From positions 62,001-126,000 of the forward strand of contig QPGO01000177.1 of assembly GCA_008632985.1 (NCBI GenBank): a stretch of 64,000 nucleotides of DNA, written 5' to 3'. Every line of letters starts with the position of its first letter. The stretch's first letter is position 1. Shown piece by piece: positions 57,725 to 64,000 of the stretch. Under the pieces are notes generated by a model. It was not told the DNA's origin. It did not search any database and saw nothing but the letters and a program-made list of their open reading frames with translations. The stretch is from Psammoneis japonica. Taxonomy: Eukaryota. A program made the position numbers and the translations under genes.

Positions 57725-58303
57725 CATATATGTAGTACTAGAGTGGTTTGGGGTTTCAGGATTGACATCACATTCTTAAATCTTAAGAAACGTTACATTT
57801 GAATCAACGGCAGCAACTCTATTGATCGTGATTTCCCCTACGGATAATCTTGTCGCCTTGATTCGGTTGCCTGCGATTGGATTCGCAAAATCTCCAGTAC
57901 AAGATAGCAATTTTTGTCGCAAAGATTACGATCAATCACTCAAATGACAAACTGATTACTCCGCAATGATTAAGAGTGACATTTGTCATGACAGCGAGAC
58001 AAAACTGAACTCATGCGTTCCGCTACTCTAGCTAGTACGGTAGTAGTAGCAAGGACGAACGAAGAAGTGATCCGCGGTATCTTTTTGATCGCGCACCACG
58101 TACCGGTACCGACCAGCCGAGGCAAGCTGGCTGAAGGAACAAAGCACAGAACGCGCGTCATCGTTTGGGCTTTTGTTCCCCACACCCACCGTCTGCTTCT
58201 CACAGACGCACAGACACACCCGGATACCCGCGCGACTTGCGAGTTGAAACTTGGCGCACCCTGCTCGGTTTCGGTTGTTGTCCGCCGTCCGCCATGACAC
58301 AAC

Positions 58304-59098
58304 ATGACACATGAAACCGAAAGTATGGCGTCCTCAGAAGCGAACGCCATGGTTGAAGATTTGTTTATTGACTTTGAAACTACCACAACCAAAGCCGGCT
58401 GGTGTCTCAAAAGAGGGCTGCAACATGTTGCAAAAGATCCAAAGATTTGGAATCTGGTTGCGCAACACGGCATTCCGAACTTTTATGAGTGCTTCAGCCA
58501 TGCAAAGCATTGCCATCGTCGTCATGATGCCACGCAGGATTTGAAGGATCCGTCCAATAGTTTTGAGAGTTTGTGTCGTACAATTGTGGGCCAATGTGTG
58601 GCGGGGGCGACGGCTCAAGCTGTTTACCAACGATTGGTGAAAGCAACGAATAATCAGCTGACACCCCTAGTTGTGCTCAGACTCTTCCAGCGAAACGTGG
58701 AAAAGACCCAAAAGCAAATTGGACTTTCCAGGGCCAAGTTGAATTCATTATTAGATCTTTCGCGTCACTTTGAAGACGGGCGCCTCTCGGAAGAATTTTT
58801 GGGGGGTGGAGGATCGAGTACGGATGAAATTCGAGTAGCCTTGCTCCAAGTCAAGGGGATCGGACAGTGGAGCTGCGATATGAGAAAAGGTATCCAAAAG
58901 TGCTTCAACATGACCAACCAGGATCGAATTCGAGAGTATTTCGAAAACACCTTTGGTCCCTATCAATCCCTGGCGACGTACTACATGTGGCGCGTCGCTG
59001 ATGAACCGAAGAAAACAGAAAGCATGAAGAGAAAACAAACGACACCTCTTTCCCCAACAAAGGCACGAAAGCGGTCAAGAAAGGTTGTGACGCCCTAA
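58304..59098 (+). CDS. AlkA/MAG1-like HhH-GPD DNA glycosylase with the GPD/catalytic-Asp segment missing
   Basis: FESLCRTIVGQ, GLSRAK and HhH LLQVKGIGQWSCDM joined directly to RKGI, then PYQSLATYYMW. Confidence 0.8.
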   Translation: MTHETESMASSEANAMVEDLFIDFETTTTKAGWCLKRGLQHVAKDPKIWNLVAQHGIPNFYECFSHAKHCHRRHDATQDLKDPSNSFESLCRTIVGQCVAGATAQAVYQRLVKATNNQLTPLVVLRLFQRNVEKTQKQIGLSRAKLNSLLDLSRHFEDGRLSEEFLGGGGSSTDEIRVALLQVKGIGQWSCDMRKGIQKCFNMTNQDRIREYFENTFGPYQSLATYYMWRVADEPKKTESMKRKQTTPLSPTKARKRSRKVVTP

Positions 59099-59272
59099 CA
59101 TGCTTCGTCGAATTTCAGTTGTTGTAAACACGGGCACGTCAGGTTCCTAACAGATGTCTCAAGTAAGTGAAGTACCAATAAAGGAAAGAGAGCCTTGAAA
59201 CAAACACATCAAATATCGATCGTATGCTCTGCTGTTTCCATTGAGGTTTCGCGTCGTTTCTCAGGCATCTGT

Positions 59273-61654
59273 TCAGTCATGCAACGAGAGTTTGGTCACT
59301 TCGTTCTTCAAATGTAGAGCTTTGTTGTAGGCGCCCCATTTTTGATATGTGGCAATAGCTTGCTGAAAATGATAGGATGCGTCTTCTTGCTCCTCCGTCG
59401 CGTCATTCTTGTTGCGCAACTTGTAGCGGGCTAAGCATTCATGCGACATGGCCAAGTCAAACTTGAGGTTAGCCCCCGAAGACACATGCAGGGCAGAAGC
59501 ATATCTGAAGTTTGCTTCTGCCAAATTTCCCATTAACCACGCCAATTCTCCTTGCAACAGATATAGCTTGCCACCGCACAAATCGGGATTCTCGAGTGAT
59601 TTTCGTTTCATGTACTGAATCCGTCCACGTACTCGTCGAATGACACGTTGTTTCTTCTGTTGATACATGATCCCCTTGAGCCCATTCGAAACCTCTTCTC
59701 GAAAGCGAGCCATTGCAACGAGGCCATCTATCAAATATAAATAGGTAAAGGATCCATGTTGAGACGGAGTATTCTGTTGCAACTCATTGCACAAGTTTTG
59801 CAATCTTTTGCAGCTGCTTCCAATCTACCAAACGTGTAGCACAAAATCAATTTGAAAAATCGGGAAACGAGCCCAAACATCACATCGCTGTTACAGACTT
59901 CTTCGTAGGTTGTTTGGGTCATTATGGTACCAAACATGCTGGCGGGGTCTGGCGTTTCGCGCCTTAGATTATGTAAGAACTGAGCAAGAACCATAAAACG
60001 GCGTGATAGGAATACCAGCTTTTTCTTTGTAGTTTCATTCAAGTACCTTTCGGCGTCCTTCTCAATGACATCGAGATTCTCGCCAATGGTAAACTGATTC
60101 AACACGGAGACGTGCGCATCAATGAAGCCAACCTGTCGTTCACAATGAGGGCATGAATGAATTGGTTTGCAAAGGCGTGGTTAGATATTCCATTCTTATT
60201 AGGGTGGTAGCCTCAAATTCAATCTCTCTCTCTAATCGTCTTACCTCATTGTCTCCGGTTGTAAGGCCTACGCGGGATGCATACTTGAGCGGCTCTACCG
60301 AGCGCTGAATATTCTTGATGCAACTGTAAACCCCGGCGTACACACCAAGATAGACACGCGGCAGCCACTCGGGGACGGGATACGTGTCATACAAGACCAA
60401 GGCCAGTTGAGCGTATTTAACTGACTCATCTGCATATCCAAATTTGCTAAGCATCATTGCGTAATGCGCAAAGGCCACAGAAGACATGACACTCAGACCG
60501 TGCAACAAAGTCAATTTCACCAATCGAAAGACCAAAAATGGTACAAGAGCAGGTCTCACAGACACGGCATGACAAAGAATCAAATTCATCAATTGCATGG
60601 CCTTGAGTTTTACGGGGTCGTTCATGGCCGGTAATCTCAGAATACGTTCACGCGTTTTGTTCTTCAGACTCCGTCGGGTCTTGACAAATCCCCAGAGAAC
60701 GTCGCGTCGTTTCGGATTTGCCATAACCGGCTCGTCCAACTGCTGCAGCACACCCAAGGCAAGAGCAATAGATTCCTGTCGTTTTGCTTGAGCTCCCAAG
60801 ACATAAATCTGCGTTGCATGGATACCCCACGTATCTTCAAAGCATCGTGCGTTGGCCATCGCATCGTCGATGATTGTTTGAGCGTACTCAAAGTTGGAAG
60901 TTGAGTAGTTAGCTTCCGCACAGGCACAATGCATATGCAGACAAAGGTCGTATTCATTTTTCCAGTGGTGGGGTATGGATTGCAGAATGCGAATACCAAA
61001 GTTGAAATAGGTCGTGGCGGCTTCAAAGTCTGCGGACTGCCTAATAGCTTGCTGTCCTACCGATAGACAAAGGCTAGCGACACGAGCTAGCAATTCTTCT
61101 TCTTCGACCGTTCTTCTTGCATGCTCTTTCTCTTCCTCTTTAAGAAAACAAGTTTCGCCCAAGAGAAACTGACGCACCACCAACTCTTCATCAAATTTCA
61201 CGGGGCCTTCATGATTGTTGTAATTCAGTAGTCGTTTTCCAATCGCAACGTTCAACTCGGCCGGATCCTGAATAGACTTGTAAGTCTGCTGCTGCATCTC
61301 GTCTGTAGGGAATCGATAATATGCTTCTTTACTTGTCCTTTCGTCGGTTTCTTCTGATATGGCAATAAGACGTTTCTGTGAAATCGCCTGCCGCAGGTTT
61401 GTTTCAACGTCAATCTGCGCACAGCAGCATTTCAACATGTCTGTGTCAACCTGTAATGATTCATCACTGTCCTCCAAGAGACAAGCCACAACGTCGAGGA
61501 GTGACGTGGTATGAGCAGAAATTAATAAAGTATCTCCCACTGCAGTCTCGTCCGGGTTTGTGGTTGTTTTCGAAACATGCTGCTCGCTGCTAGGCGGTCC
61601 GCTCTGAAAACGAGGCGCACTCTCCTCCATCGACCCATGATCAAGCTCTGCCAT
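59273..61654 (-). CDS. TPR-like helical protein resembling the C-terminal part of the predicted-ATPase/sensor-kinase (STAND-like) family; intron 60133-60244, frameshift near 59805; no P-loop seen
   Basis: HWKNEYDLCL, LPAMNDP.KLKAMQ, LTLLHGLS..S.VAFA.Y, GLTTGD.E and A...YQKWGA..KA..L motifs. Confidence 0.65.
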
Positions 61655-62134
61655 TTTTTCCTCTTCAACAATATTGTTGTGTCTGCCCAGACGTACTCAA
61701 ATGATAACAAGATAGACACGTGGAAGGAAGGAAGAGAAGCAAAGGAATGAGAGAGCGGTGTTCCAGTTGCTTCCTCTTCACTCTCGTCGTTTCGCGTCGT
61801 CGTTTTGGCAGTGGAGGCGTTCGTTCGTTGATCGTTGATCCTGCGTTGATCCCGCCATTTCGATTAGCACGCTGTACTAAAATCCTTAGAAAGAGTGCTC
61901 TGTCATCGCCCGTTCCCATCTTTATATTGTATTCAACCATGAGGATATTTTGAAAATAGTGGTGGGAGAAGTAGGAATCCGTACATTTTCGTCGTGAAAG
62001 CAACGTATGTAGAATAATACCAAGAACTACGTTCAATTCAAAACAGCCAAACCGCGGGCTTTTTCAGCTCGTCTCACAACTCGTCAACAAAGCGACGACA
62101 ACAACAACAACTCACTCTGTGATACCAATCCAAC

Positions 62135-64000
62135 ATGACAATGACTCAAGCCTCCGCCAAGACGGCGTTACCCAAGCGTCTAACGCTTTCTCTGCTCATG
62201 ACGTTGTGCCTCGCGTCGACCGCCGTAGTCATGGCGGTCGACAAGGGCGTGTGGTGGAACCGCGATGCGAAAGCGAACCCGGGAGAAGCCTTGTTGGTAA
62301 GTAAAGCGCGTTATGATATTATCTACTCCACTATCAACGTATTGATACAATCGGCCGCGTCCGGGACGGTCGTAGCGACGGTCTCTGCATGATATCGCTG
62401 ACGATTGAAGCAAATACTGATTTCGTGGTTCCGCCATGCTGCTACGCCATTTCCGGTATGTTTTCTACAGCGAAATGCTAACCGTGTCTTTTTGCCTCTT
62501 TTGATACATACAACAGAAGAACAGCGAGGCGTCCACCAAGTTGGAGTCTGCCGCTGCCAAGGGCAACGCTGCGAAGCTCCCTTTCCATCCCATGCCTCGC
62601 GTTTCGGTCATTCCGGCGAGCCGCGCCTTGCAAACTTCGGATGACTTTTCTCTCGGAGGAGTCGTGCGTCGTTCCACCTCGGTCAGTTCCATCTTTGACG
62701 AGTGTGACGCCTCATGTACTCGCCGCAGGAACCTCTCCAAGGGCAAGGGTAAAGGCAAGGGCGGATCGTCTTCGTCCGGCCACAAGCCTTCGTGTTGCAA
62801 GGGCGGACCTACGGCGCTACGCATGGTTTTCCACGGAGAACCCGGAACTCTACACCTTAGTTCTTCGCCGTCTGTCTCTGACTTTACGCAAGTCATCTCC
62901 AACTGCGGTTCGGGTAAAGGAAAAGGCAAGGGCGGTAAGGGATCCTCAGCATCGGGTCACATGGAGGCTGTCAAGTTTGCCTCGTGCGACTACTGCTTCC
63001 CTGGCGCGGACTCTACGTGCGGAGACTACACTCCAGCTTTGGATTCCATCAAGGTGGAGAGCGGCAGTGACGTTTGCGTTTTCTCCTGGTATGAGTCTTC
63101 GAATGAACCCGCTTCCGATCTTAGCCTACCCAAGGACCTTGAGCTCTACTTCTCGGCGGACAGCGATTTTGGTGGAACTGCCTTCAAGATTTCGCTCCAT
63201 ACCTCCTGCAGCAAGCCGATTTACGCTCCCTACGCAGCCGACTTTGCTAGTTGCAGCCAGAAAGAACGCGTTGATCCTCAAGTAAGCGGCGAAGACCTCG
63301 AATTGCCGCTACTCGAGTTTATCGACGGAGAAAGCTCAAGAAATCCTGGTACCGTCTTCTCGGACTGTTCGGCTACTGCTGGCTCTAGCCACGACCATTC
63401 TCACGGCGATACGTGTTGCAAGGGCGGCGCAAGTTACCTCAAGACTCGAATCGGCGGTACTATCGTGAGTGGTACCATTACTGCTGATCTCGAAACGGCC
63501 AAGGCCTTGTTGCACCCCAGTGTTGACAACAACTGCGACTACCATGACTTGATCAGTCCTGCCGGAAAGGGGAAAGGCAAGGGCGGAAAAGGCGGCAAGG
63601 GACGCAGTAGCAATTCATCAAGCGGGAAAGGAAGCAGCAAGGGAGGCAGTAGCAAAGGAGGCAGCAGAAGCAAGGGAGGCAGTAGCAAGGGAGGCAGCGG
63701 AAGCTACTGGCAATCGAGTGACCAAGACGCAAGCCCAATTGTCTTTGTCCCGTGTGACGACTCTTGCCTCGATCCTTACGCAAACACACCATGCAGCTCC
63801 TACGAAACCAGCGCAACAGTGTCCTGGGGAGACGAGATCTGCTTTGGTACCTGGGACGCAGATTCCATGCGCATCTCATTCAGTACCAAACTGCCAAAGG
63901 AGCTAGTCCTGTTCTACATCTCGGCTGACGGTACCACGATTCTCTTCGGAGCGATCCATACTTCTTGTTCAAGGCCACTCCATTCTCCGTATGCCCAAGT
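62135..64000 (+). CDS. Secreted Cys-rich protein with RXL sites, KGKGKGG and SSKGG tracts and two HTSCSxP modules; truncated by the window end
   Basis: Signal-peptide exon 62135-62297. An open frame from about 62516 to 64000 (not in the ORF track) reads RAL, RRRNLSKGKGKGKGG, LHTSCSKPIYAPYA and IHTSCSRPLHSPYA. Confidence 0.8.

Noticed and set aside
1..64000. CRISPR arrays, rRNA or tRNA genes
   Set aside because: No repeat-spacer array or recognisable structural RNA gene was seen by eye. The repeats present are coding or degenerate.

Overview
Eukaryotic, gene-dense DNA with short (about 75-120 bp) GT-AG introns. The gene set points to a diatom: bipartite plastid-type presequences, HA-domain protein, leishmanolysin-like protease, fasciclin, VTC polyphosphate polymerase, RXL/KGK cell-wall-type protein and a Crypton-type GCR1_C protein. 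About 20 host genes can be called. The most striking feature is four sharply bounded blocks (about 1-2790, 11630-12510, 28240-31820, 36290-41558) where TpA is almost absent, CpG is largely absent, and TpG/CpA are in great excess. One block holds a decayed piggyBac transposase and a decayed paralog of the ZNFX1-like gene that lies unconverted 13 kb away. In a 51-nt alignment of the two ZNFX1 copies, all 5 TpA and all 3 CpG have become TpG or CpA. CpG loss fits methylation decay. Wholesale TpA->TpG/CpA conversion is the reverse of fungal RIP and suggests a regional, transposon-associated A:T->G:C hypermutation process that I do not recognise as described. All counts were made by eye and no database searches were run.
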